A stretch of 64,000 bases of DNA from a virus (lineage: Duplodnaviria; Caudoviricetes). The notes beneath the pieces were generated by a model. It ran no database searches. It was not told the DNA's origin and worked only from the letters and a program-made list of their open reading frames with translations. The first letter of the stretch is position 1. Each line of letters opens with the position of its first letter. This document shows positions 11,701-18,720 of this stretch, piece after piece. The position numbers and the translations under genes are program-made. Location of the stretch: positions 128,001 to 192,000 of the IMG/VR virus record IMGVR_UViG_3300027804_000038; one strand, given 5' to 3'.

Positions 11701-11951
11701 TAACAAATTGTGTTAATTTCTGTTACGATAAATATAAAGATTATTTCACTGTGGGTATTACTGATTTTGAAGACGAAAATGTCTTCGTATCAGGTTTTAC
11801 TAAAACATGGATAGAAAGATTCCCACAGGATAGATTATCTGAAACACCAAATATATATGATAATTATAGAACTGGTAATACAACACAATTTAATTATCTA
11901 AAAACAAAAGTTACAGATTGTTATAATATAATGAAATCTATGGGTATTTGA
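5739..11951 (+). CDS. giant baseplate hub protein (gp27/late-control-D/VgrG-like, 2070 aa)
   Basis: C-terminal hub motif YKNRSYKATVTAFGNAIIQPTMYFVLRNVPLFSGPYLIDEVSHVITNGNFKTTFTGTRQ; N-terminal GITNISY...PTITVSLEDIRG. Located next to the gp53-like gene. Confidence 0.65.
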   Translation: MASKNTNIYVESDFNNIFIVNPNKVINDDGTVDDRFVKQEDLVMYANLECSLQPRSRLIVGEDSQSLQTIQIASVNFLKPGNKKYLTTDWTDLQTKNIQENNNINSELLGITNISYKVGPSFVPTITVSLEDIRGRALFESGNDSIYSVFFNLPYPTFYLTMKGYYGKAVRYPLILQKFHGSFDQSSGNFLITLNFIGYKFNVLTDVAQGYLMATPQMYTKRYLQNIQTSSSSQVDASVGTINNNDSPVNSIITQEGYEKIKEVYKLYKSKGLISQDFPELTVQQLINKLENFEKSVLDNFGQISVEELTNAKTYESILDDFNREVFTAKSPKSWFNKNLDSKNFYIVKDFDGKSYKAYTYKPEIIEFSSTVKELDTLIDEKNNKLNDVPTFGKNGKRYKIAKKVKNTNVYRIPPILIADVDKTETAKQRFNTQNPSSTQINSIDNELNKIQEKIDNEQKKASQNLPNTEQFFFILEGEKYFNGTINEIKKELQGYKNKIESNLTEEMIKLLESSKGIGFNPTIRNVLAVIMASTDAFLRLMNDVHKKAFENRNNLKKKQAVSADVKNEPDSPVYPWPQYSKIIDIDGCQQKFEIKYPGDPEYISETGANDYQAWPEVEFVEEFIKGYLQRQIPPVVSADEENSLTAINRLLVSAFDTPSNISYSDLQIIPFLYEIWERIESIANYQGFVRNTQFTTILNSIQAFEASNIIKGLGINSPQLIQILKFTGFNPNTYFEYLRDVSNGGTGQYWQKLIRGRINTPYLESEINNSSKIINVDLPIINTSVVTNDNEDVKLPLTNYVNSTKTNFEEFTDIYPFTDEEWRSNNLVNSIFGKKYTNFNNTEQTLFFNNFTNKISNYNSEKIIDNTGNSLENRPFTTFKFMTNKIDFPVAQYSFEEFYNSRTPSDFNLTEGYVQYDGYNGLVGNNQTTSILNTPFFVKAIQDGAEKERQNIENPYIEASYYFLNSLPLSTTKETLISKIGNNEIVNGYLAPTFKKFGTVNSIPKLWVCRVGSIWHRYKTFINSGYDILSNTLVNYSYLTNFDPVNFDSQTTYSLTANSTTYDIFLAKNILDDSGQTVDLMNVGFYPKTLNDFYRFYNGIDLYRSNTTIQEDIQKAINNGDLILIDGFDSDISVGTGTTDNGNSYNSSFINTFSVLFKNKLPNQSSGNNYFTAPSFGSRQNQTLSECFNQNGLQIPLYLNQSIFDGSVRVNWGMPNFGYFDSDNINFCNPTEYPKNIFTGNTTQNPFSLLNDNSYYSQIDDLFSVFTKEELDLFEGEFLNFTKSNLSTTDSFNLQNIMRQSMNGNFYNPSETDGDKIVEDAQNLQNKTFNQNISNFVSQNLIFQKGNPTNFDKTTFSYFSSNPLSDVLTNVKKYTDETPDSLPKNGGAVTLSESKSNYPEEWKILELYVGFSTISGFTYSDNGSYITDFFIDNNIAFNIENIEIFSDIIKIYATRKYANLNGATEFNFKSEIDDYLNRLVFLRNNIFEGVFSKIQKSLPSFNLDTDTLDTSATQGMQTKVEYYELFKAINDKWIAGNNYNSETLFEDFLFLDRANRNVGDKVIVDVFKVKNYLKSNQKANVYTIASSIIQDHNFVIFSIPSYVNFYNVQTPGQDPQAENEFEFANKLFGQYTEVDYQSSKPKIVCLYSEKPSEQLNNQGKFNGYNDDSFNLGLSTNNPLIECQTSKETTNDYGLSNKVVGFSVDFGLQNQGVFENVQVSQDLGKATSESLQMEYDMANLSKGVKSSTQNVSLYNIYKNRSYKATVTAFGNAIIQPTMYFVLRNVPLFSGPYLIDEVSHVITNGNFKTTFTGTRQRIYTLPLQNQLLEVIRNSFITKLINDAVNKKEVNKGLTSNIITEKNDISNSISAELTVSPNQTCTPISDYSTYENILPVEFISDFVTIKNSVVSSLSSKSDAANMNKVVFTLFYLATANSDGFKYYNYNLATIPLGGSISKWGGDLPKLFNQQYTCLTSADNQSTSYATFPSVTNCVNFCYDKYKDYFTVGITDFEDENVFVSGFTKTWIERFPQDRLSETPNIYDNYRTGNTTQFNYLKTKVTDCYNIMKSMGI

Positions 11952-11969
11952 TTTATTTAATTTATCGTA

Positions 11970-11977
11970 TATTTATA
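11970..11977 (+). promoter_or_regulatory. putative late promoter TATTTATA
   Basis: Octamer 14 nt upstream of the ATG at 11992. Confidence 0.55.
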
Positions 11978-11991
11978 TAAAAAATAATAAC

Positions 11992-12216
11992 ATGGACGTA
12001 AAACAATTGTTAGATAACTATTTAGGAAGAAAAACTAGAATCACTGAAAAAGATGCTGGTAATGGATTTAAAGAAGTGTGTGATTTAGACACTGGTGACT
12101 GTTACACAATAAGAATGAAAGATGGTCTTATTGAAAGAGTTGACAATACTTATATGTCAAATAAAAAAATTAACGTTGAAACGACAACTGGAATAAAACA
12201 ACTTTTAAACGGATAA
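11992..12216 (+). CDS. hypothetical protein (74 aa), probably late/virion-associated
   Basis: Fills the intergenic gap, follows TATTTATA and has normal composition. Confidence 0.7.
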   Translation: MDVKQLLDNYLGRKTRITEKDAGNGFKEVCDLDTGDCYTIRMKDGLIERVDNTYMSNKKINVETTTGIKQLLNG

Positions 12217-12220
12217 AAAA

Positions 12221-12883
12221 ATGGGAGTTTCTGAAAAAATTCTATTAGAAATAGAGAAATATAATAAGATTAATAAATATATCTCTGAGCAAGAGGCTCC
12301 TGCTGATATTCCGCCACCACCACCCGCAGGTGATTTACCTCCAGCTCCTGACGCAGGTGCAACACCTCCACCTCCAGCTGAAGGTGGTGCTGAGACACCT
12401 ACAACTACAGAACCACAACCTGTAGATGTTGCTTCTGACCCAGACGTTGAAAAGGTTGGTGAGGAAAAAGAAGAAGAAAATACTGAGGAATTAGAGATAA
12501 CTGATTTAGTTAAATCACAAAAAAATATTGAAGATAAACAAACTGAATATTTTGAAAATTTATTCAGTCAATTATCAAACCTTGAGGATAAGCTAAAAGA
12601 TATGGATTCTGTAATGGAAAGACTTAATAGTATTGAGTCAAAGATAGAAAACTACAGACCAAAAAGTGCTCAAGAAAAATTAGAATTAAGAAGTTTAGAT
12701 TCTGGTCCGTTTAACCAAAAATTAACAGATTTTTTCACAGACAAACAAGAAGACATCAAAAAAACAGGTAAAAACGAATACGTTTTAACTACCGATGATG
12801 TTGAAGATTTTTCACCTTCTGATATTAAAAATACTTTTACTCAGTACGGTGATAATAACGAATATATGTCAATTAAGAATTAA
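12221..12883 (+). CDS. acidic Pro-rich coiled-coil protein, possible head-internal/scaffold-like protein
   Basis: PPPPPAGDLPPAP linker, E-rich stretch, heptad C-terminus. The ORF is solid; the function is inferred. Confidence 0.55.
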   Translation: MGVSEKILLEIEKYNKINKYISEQEAPADIPPPPPAGDLPPAPDAGATPPPPAEGGAETPTTTEPQPVDVASDPDVEKVGEEKEEENTEELEITDLVKSQKNIEDKQTEYFENLFSQLSNLEDKLKDMDSVMERLNSIESKIENYRPKSAQEKLELRSLDSGPFNQKLTDFFTDKQEDIKKTGKNEYVLTTDDVEDFSPSDIKNTFTQYGDNNEYMSIKN

Positions 12884-12890
12884 TAACTTA

Positions 12891-12922
12891 TTTGACTTTT
12901 ACGGCTGACACTATTACTATTG
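12891..12922 (+). promoter_or_regulatory. early/middle promoter for ssb
   Basis: TTTG(12891-94)-N20-TACTATTG(12915-22), one mismatch to the Bacteroidota TTTG-N19/21-TAnnTTTG consensus. It also reads as TTGACT-N17-TACTAT. Confidence 0.6.
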
Positions 12923-12950
12923 TTTATTAACTATTAATTTTTATATTTTT

Positions 12951-13793
12951 ATGGCGACAAATTCATTAGATGCTGTTCTCGCTCAGTATGAAAAAGCGAA
13001 AAGTGGAGGAAACTCTCAAAACAAAATGTCTCAAGAAGACAGAATGAAAAAATATTTTGCGGCTATTCTAACGCAAAATGAAACATCAGGACAAAAACGT
13101 CTTCGTATTCTACCAACACCTGACGGTTCTTCACCGTTCAAAGAAGTTTGGTATCACGAAGTTCAAGTCGAGGGTAAATGGAATAAAATCTATGACCCAG
13201 GAAAGAACGACAACGAGCGTTCACCTTTGACTGAAATTCACGACGAATTAATGTCAACAGGTAAAGAGTCTGATAAAGAACTTGCAAAATCTTATAAACC
13301 ACGTAAATTCTACATCGTTAAGGTTATTGACCGTGATAACGAAGCGGATGGTGTTAAGTTTTGGAGATTTAAGCACAACTACAAGAACGAAGGTATCTTG
13401 GATAAAATCATCCCTATTTGGAAAGCTAAAGGTGATATTACTGACCCTGAAAAAGGACGTGACATTATCTTGGAACTTACAAAAGCTAAAACTCCAAAAG
13501 GAGCAACCTACACAGTAATTCAAACTATTATGTATGATGACCCTTGTCCTGTTCACGCAGATGCAGAAACTGCGAAAACTTGGATTGAAGACCCACTTAC
13601 ATGGGCGGATGTTTATTCTAAGAAACCTGTTGAGTACTTGGAAGCAATTGCTCGTGGAGAGACCCCAAGATGGTCACAAGAATTAGGTAAATATGTTTAT
13701 GGTAACGAAGCGTCTGAAATGAGTATGGGTGGAGGTTCATCATATTCTGACCCACAGGCAGATGCTGAGCCAGATGGTGATTTACCATTCTAA
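12951..13793 (+). CDS. ssb: single-stranded DNA-binding protein, T4 gp32-like
   Basis: KRLRILPTPDGSSPFKEVWYH...RKFYIVKVIDRD...GVKFWRF...DITDPEKGRDIILEL pattern; acidic tail ending DGDLPF; adjacent to recA. Confidence 0.85.
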   Translation: MATNSLDAVLAQYEKAKSGGNSQNKMSQEDRMKKYFAAILTQNETSGQKRLRILPTPDGSSPFKEVWYHEVQVEGKWNKIYDPGKNDNERSPLTEIHDELMSTGKESDKELAKSYKPRKFYIVKVIDRDNEADGVKFWRFKHNYKNEGILDKIIPIWKAKGDITDPEKGRDIILELTKAKTPKGATYTVIQTIMYDDPCPVHADAETAKTWIEDPLTWADVYSKKPVEYLEAIARGETPRWSQELGKYVYGNEASEMSMGGGSSYSDPQADAEPDGDLPF

Positions 13794-13799
13794 TTTATA

Positions 13800-13838
13800 A
13801 AAGGTTGGACACTATCATGGACAAAGTGTCCAACCTTT
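13800..13838. repeat. perfect 14-bp inverted repeat (AAAGGTTGGACACT-N11-AGTGTCCAACCTTT), terminator/attenuator or binding site
   Basis: Arms at 13800-13813 and 13825-13838 are exact reverse complements, followed by GTTATTTTT. Lies between ssb and recA. Confidence 0.8.
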
Positions 13839-13877
13839 GTTATTTTTAATACAAACAATTTAAACGCATAGACACTT

Positions 13878-14876
13878 ATGGCAATAAAGAAAAAAGAATT
13901 TTCTCTTGATGCAATCAAAAACAAATATTCTACAAAAACTAAATACAAGGATACGGAGTTCTATGAAGTCGATGAAGCTTTCCATAGTTCTTGTGGTCTA
14001 CCTGGCCCTGCTTTGGGGAACATCAATATGTTCTTGGGGCACTCAAATTCTTCCAAAACGACCGCTCTTGTCAAAGCGGCTGTGTCTGCTCAAAAGAAGG
14101 GGCATTTGCCTGTTTTCATTATCACCGAGAAAAAATGGTCATGGGAACACGCCGTTGAGTTAGGACTTCAAGCAGAAATGATTGATGGTGAGTGGGATGG
14201 TAATTTTATATTTAATGATAATTTTGATTACATTGAGCAGGCAACTGACTATATTAACGAATTATTAGATGAACAAGAAAAAGGTAATATTCCATATTCA
14301 TTATGTTTTCTATGGGATTCTGTAGGTTCTATTCCTTGTAAAATGACATTTGACGGTAAAGGTGGAAAGCAACATAACGCATCTACTTTGGCCGATAAAA
14401 TTGGTATGGGTATTCACGCTCGTATTACTAAATCTAAAAAAGAAGATTACCCATATTATAACACTATGGTTGTGGTTAACCAACCTTGGGTGGAACTTCC
14501 TGACAATCCATTTGGACAACCACAAATCAAGGCAAAAGGTGGTGAGGCTCTTTGGTTAGCGTCAGCTTTGGTTTTCCTTTTTGGAAATCAAAAAAATGCT
14601 GGTATTAATCACATTACGGCAACTAAAAATGGTAGAACGGTATCTTACGCTATCAGAACTAAAATCTCTGTTTTAAAGAACCATATTAATGGATTAGGGT
14701 ATAAAGATGGTAAGATTATTGCAACACCACAAGGGTATATCTCAGACACTAAAGAGGCATTAGAAGAATACAAAAAACAATATTCACAATATTGGAACGC
14801 GATTCTTTCAGGTACTGGTGAAATTACTCTTGATGAATCTGAAGAATCATTTGAAACTGAAAACGAACCATTTTAA
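13878..14876 (+). CDS. recA: RecA/UvsX-like recombinase
   Basis: Walker A-like LGHSNSSKTT, FLWDSVGSIP (Walker B), VVVNQPW, KAKGGEALWLASALVF. Confidence 0.9.
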   Translation: MAIKKKEFSLDAIKNKYSTKTKYKDTEFYEVDEAFHSSCGLPGPALGNINMFLGHSNSSKTTALVKAAVSAQKKGHLPVFIITEKKWSWEHAVELGLQAEMIDGEWDGNFIFNDNFDYIEQATDYINELLDEQEKGNIPYSLCFLWDSVGSIPCKMTFDGKGGKQHNASTLADKIGMGIHARITKSKKEDYPYYNTMVVVNQPWVELPDNPFGQPQIKAKGGEALWLASALVFLFGNQKNAGINHITATKNGRTVSYAIRTKISVLKNHINGLGYKDGKIIATPQGYISDTKEALEEYKKQYSQYWNAILSGTGEITLDESEESFETENEPF

Positions 14877-14886
14877 TTAATAGTTT

Positions 14887-15891
14887 GTGAAGAAGACTCT
14901 CCTTGTAGACGGAAATAATTTAATGAAGATTGGATTTCACGGTGTGAAGGATTACTTTCACAACGGAGAGCATATCGGAGCGATTTATCACTTCATTAAT
15001 ACTTTAAGAAAGTTTATTGAAGAACAAAATTTCGATAAAGTAGTTGTATTTTGGGATGGTGAAGACTCCACAAGTATTCGTGGAGTCCTTTACCCAAAAT
15101 ACAAACAAAACAGAAAATTAGTTATGGAGGACGCAATATTCATGTCCTACCTAAAACAAAAAAATCGTATCAAACAATACCTTGAAGAAATCTATGTAAG
15201 ACAGATTGAAATATCAGGACGAGAAGCTGATGATTTAATTGCTTACTATTGTCAGGTTTCTGATAATGAAGATAAACTAATTTTTTCATCAGACAGGGAT
15301 TTAACACAACTTATATCTGAAAGAGTATCATTATACTCGCCATCATTAAAAACTACATTTAAAAACGGGGATAAGATTAAATTTGATGATTTTTATTTTC
15401 CTCATTATAATGTTAAAACCTTAAAAATTATGACTGGTGATAAAAGTGATAATATTGAAGGAATTTATCTTTTGGGTGAGAAAACATTAGTTAAATTTTT
15501 TCCTGAGATGCTTGAAAAACCAACATCTTATAACGATATTTTAACAAGAGCAGAAGAACTTTTAAAAGAACAAAAAGATAATCAAACTTTAAAAAATCTT
15601 CTAACAGGAAAAACAAAGTCAGGTATATACGAAAACGAATATTATGTGGTCAATGAACAGATTGTTGATTTATCAAACCCACTCCTTAAAGACGAGGACA
15701 AACAAGAAATCTCTCAAATTGTTAACGAAACATTAGAAACTGAAGGTAGAAGTTATAAAAACGTTATTCGATACATGGTCGAAGACGGGATATTTAAATA
15801 CCTACCTAAAGGAGATGATTCGTGGACATATTTTTTAAAACCATTTATGAAACTAACAAGAAAAGAAAAAAAACAAAAAAACAAAAATTAA
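14887..15891 (+). CDS. 5'-3' exonuclease/flap endonuclease (T4 RNase H / PolA N-terminal-like), GTG start
   Basis: LLVDGNNL, VFWDG, YPKYKQNR, EADDLIA, SSDRDLTQL, GDKSDNIEGI...GEKT. Confidence 0.9.
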   Translation: MKKTLLVDGNNLMKIGFHGVKDYFHNGEHIGAIYHFINTLRKFIEEQNFDKVVVFWDGEDSTSIRGVLYPKYKQNRKLVMEDAIFMSYLKQKNRIKQYLEEIYVRQIEISGREADDLIAYYCQVSDNEDKLIFSSDRDLTQLISERVSLYSPSLKTTFKNGDKIKFDDFYFPHYNVKTLKIMTGDKSDNIEGIYLLGEKTLVKFFPEMLEKPTSYNDILTRAEELLKEQKDNQTLKNLLTGKTKSGIYENEYYVVNEQIVDLSNPLLKDEDKQEISQIVNETLETEGRSYKNVIRYMVEDGIFKYLPKGDDSWTYFLKPFMKLTRKEKKQKNKN

Positions 15892-15895
15892 TTTT

Positions 15896-16348
15896 ATGAA
15901 AGAACAGAATGACATTACAAAACTTGAGTTTTTAATGACCGTAAATGACAATTTCATTGTCCAAAGATTTTTTAATGTTAAGGATTACAATCCTAAGGCA
16001 AAAAACTCTAGAGAGTTGATTGATAACATTGAATATTTTATTGAAGAGTTGAAATATAATCTGAAAATGAAATCAGTTATTTATATGACAGACAATTCAT
16101 TTGAAATTATGGAAAACCCTGAAATTTTAGAAACCTCTTTTACAGACGGACCTGAAACTTTTAACCTTTATTTGAAACATAATGGAGTGACAATGTGTCA
16201 TTACACATTTGACGCTAAACCGTACCCCCCAAAGGTTAGATATACCGTAGACGTACGCCCATACCTAAAAGGTATCCTTAATTCATTGACTGACATTTTT
16301 TCAGATAAAAATTTAACATATAATTACCTAGGATACTCTTTGGTTTAA
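15896..16348 (+). CDS. hypothetical protein (150 aa) in the replication operon
   Basis: Tightly packed between the exonuclease and helicase genes; no motif recognised. Confidence 0.75.
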   Translation: MKEQNDITKLEFLMTVNDNFIVQRFFNVKDYNPKAKNSRELIDNIEYFIEELKYNLKMKSVIYMTDNSFEIMENPEILETSFTDGPETFNLYLKHNGVTMCHYTFDAKPYPPKVRYTVDVRPYLKGILNSLTDIFSDKNLTYNYLGYSLV

Positions 16349-16375
16349 TAGTATTTAATTTTAAAAGAGGTAATT

Positions 16376-17749
16376 ATGGCGGACAAAAATTTTGATTATT
16401 TAGGAAATACTTTCCAACAACAACTTATAAATCAGATAGTTTCTGATAAGAATTTTGCACACTCAATTCTTGAAGTTTTAGAATCTAGTTATTTTGAAAA
16501 CAAGTATTATAAATTAATAATACAGATGATTAAAGAATACTATTCTAAATTTGAATGTCCCCCTAACTTTGAAACGCTTTTACAAATAGTTAAATCTGAG
16601 ATTAAACAAGAATTACTACTTAAAATAGTAATTGATACAATTAATGAAATTAAAAATGTATCTGAAGAAGGCGTAACATTTGTCCAAGAGAAGGCTCTGA
16701 AATTCTGTAAACAACAAGAACTTCAGAAGGTAATGACTAAAGCCCAAAAAATTATTGATTCTGGTGAGTTTGAAAATTATGACACACTTGAAGAAATGGT
16801 TAGAGAGGCTTTACAGGTTGGGGTGGTTGATAAAGATACAGGAGATGTATTTGAAAATTTGGACCAAGTTTTGGATGATGATTATAGACATCCAATACCT
16901 ATGGGAATTCCAGGTATTGACAATCTATTAAAGGGCGGACTAGCAAAAGGTGAAATAGGTGTGATACTCGCTCCAACGGGAGTAGGTAAAACAAGTTTAA
17001 CTACAAAGATTGCGAATCACGCATTTAATATGGGGTTCAATGTTTTACAGATATTTTTTGAGGATAACCCAAAGATTATACAAAGAAAACATTTTACACT
17101 TTGGACTGGAATTGCTCCTGATTTGTTAGGTGAACACAAAGAAGAGGTTTTGAATAAAGTTCGTGAAGTTGAAGAAAGGATGAAAAACAAGTTAATTTTG
17201 AAAAAACTTCCATCTGATACTCTTACAATGACACAAATTAAAAATCAAATTAGAAAGATGATAGCTGATGGAATTAAAATTGACGTTATTATCTTAGATT
17301 ATATTGATTGTGTAACACCTGAAAAAAATATGGATGACGAATGGAAATCCGAAGGTTCAGTAATGAGAGCTTTTGAAGCTATGTGTCACGAATTGCATAT
17401 CGCAGGTTGGACCGCAACACAAGGTAATAGAAGTTCAATTTCATCTGAAGTTGTAACAACAGACCAAATGGGGGGTTCAATTAAAAAGGCCCAAGTTGGT
17501 CACGTTATTATATCAGTGGCTAAAACATTACAACAAAAGGAACTTAAACTTGCGACAATTGCAATCACAAAATCACGTATCGGTAAGGACGGAGTAATTT
17601 TTGAAAATTGTAAATTTGACAATGAATTACTAGTTATTGATACCGAAAGTTCTATGACTTTCCTTGGGTTTGAAGAAAATAAGGAACAAAAGAATAGAGA
17701 TAGAATTAAAGAATTAATGGAGAAAAAAAGACAACAACAAAATAATTAA
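16376..17749 (+). CDS. dnaB: replicative DNA helicase, DnaB/gp41 family
   Basis: [45 protein letters not shown]; SD-like AAGAGG upstream. Confidence 0.92.
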   Translation: MADKNFDYLGNTFQQQLINQIVSDKNFAHSILEVLESSYFENKYYKLIIQMIKEYYSKFECPPNFETLLQIVKSEIKQELLLKIVIDTINEIKNVSEEGVTFVQEKALKFCKQQELQKVMTKAQKIIDSGEFENYDTLEEMVREALQVGVVDKDTGDVFENLDQVLDDDYRHPIPMGIPGIDNLLKGGLAKGEIGVILAPTGVGKTSLTTKIANHAFNMGFNVLQIFFEDNPKIIQRKHFTLWTGIAPDLLGEHKEEVLNKVREVEERMKNKLILKKLPSDTLTMTQIKNQIRKMIADGIKIDVIILDYIDCVTPEKNMDDEWKSEGSVMRAFEAMCHELHIAGWTATQGNRSSISSEVVTTDQMGGSIKKAQVGHVIISVAKTLQQKELKLATIAITKSRIGKDGVIFENCKFDNELLVIDTESSMTFLGFEENKEQKNRDRIKELMEKKRQQQNN

Positions 17750-17753
17750 TAAT

Positions 17754-18701
17754 ATGGAAAAAATATTAGTAGAAAATCCAAATAGATTTGTTATCTTCCC
17801 AATTCAATATAACGATATATGGGAATATTATAAAATGCACCAAGCGGCTTTTTGGACCGCAGAAGAAATAGACTTAAGCGGTGACATTAGAGATTGGGAA
17901 AATTTATCAGAAAATGAACAATATTTTATCAAAAATGTTCTATCATTTTTCGCGGCTTCAGATGGAATCGTAAATGAAAATTTAGCTGAAAATTTTTACA
18001 GAGAAGTTCAATACCCCGAAGCTAAATTTTTCTATGGGATGCAACTTGCGATGGAAAACATTCATAGTTTAATGTATTCATTATTGATTGATACATACAT
18101 CTCAAATGAAGATGAAAAACATAAATGTTTTACCGCATTAGATAACCTACCTGCAGTACAGAAAAAAGCTAAATGGGCTTTGGATTGGATTGAAAATGCG
18201 TCATTCCAAGAGAGATTGGTGGCATTTGCGGCTGTTGAGGGTATCTTCTTTTCAGGTTCATTCTGTTCTATTTTCTGGTTGAAATCAAGAGGTATTATGC
18301 AAGGATTGTGTAATGCTAACGCTTTGATTTTCAAAGATGAAAACCTACACTGTGATTTTGCAATTCATTTGTTAAATAATCACGTTGAGAACAAACCAAG
18401 TGAAAAAAGAATTAAAGAAATTCTACTTTCAGCACTTGAGATTGAAAAAGAATTTATCACTGAATCACTACCTGTTTCTTTAATTGGTATGAACCAAAAC
18501 TTAATGAAACAATATCTTGAGTTTGTGGTTGATGGTTTACTTGTTAAAATGGGTTGTAAAAAACAATTTAACGTTGAACAACCATTTAAATTTATGGAAC
18601 AAATTGCCGTTGAAACAAAGGGTAATTTCTTTGAATCCAGAACAGTTGAATACCAAAAAGCAAAGTTAAATGAGACCCTCTCCTTTACTGATGACTTTTA
18701 A
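17754..18701 (+). CDS. nrdB: ribonucleotide reductase class I beta subunit
   Basis: [32 protein letters not shown] (E/H ligands and radical Tyr), [15 protein letters not shown]. Confidence 0.96.
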   Translation: MEKILVENPNRFVIFPIQYNDIWEYYKMHQAAFWTAEEIDLSGDIRDWENLSENEQYFIKNVLSFFAASDGIVNENLAENFYREVQYPEAKFFYGMQLAMENIHSLMYSLLIDTYISNEDEKHKCFTALDNLPAVQKKAKWALDWIENASFQERLVAFAAVEGIFFSGSFCSIFWLKSRGIMQGLCNANALIFKDENLHCDFAIHLLNNHVENKPSEKRIKEILLSALEIEKEFITESLPVSLIGMNQNLMKQYLEFVVDGLLVKMGCKKQFNVEQPFKFMEQIAVETKGNFFESRTVEYQKAKLNETLSFTDDF

Positions 18702-18720
18702 TTTACTATCTTTTTAAACT

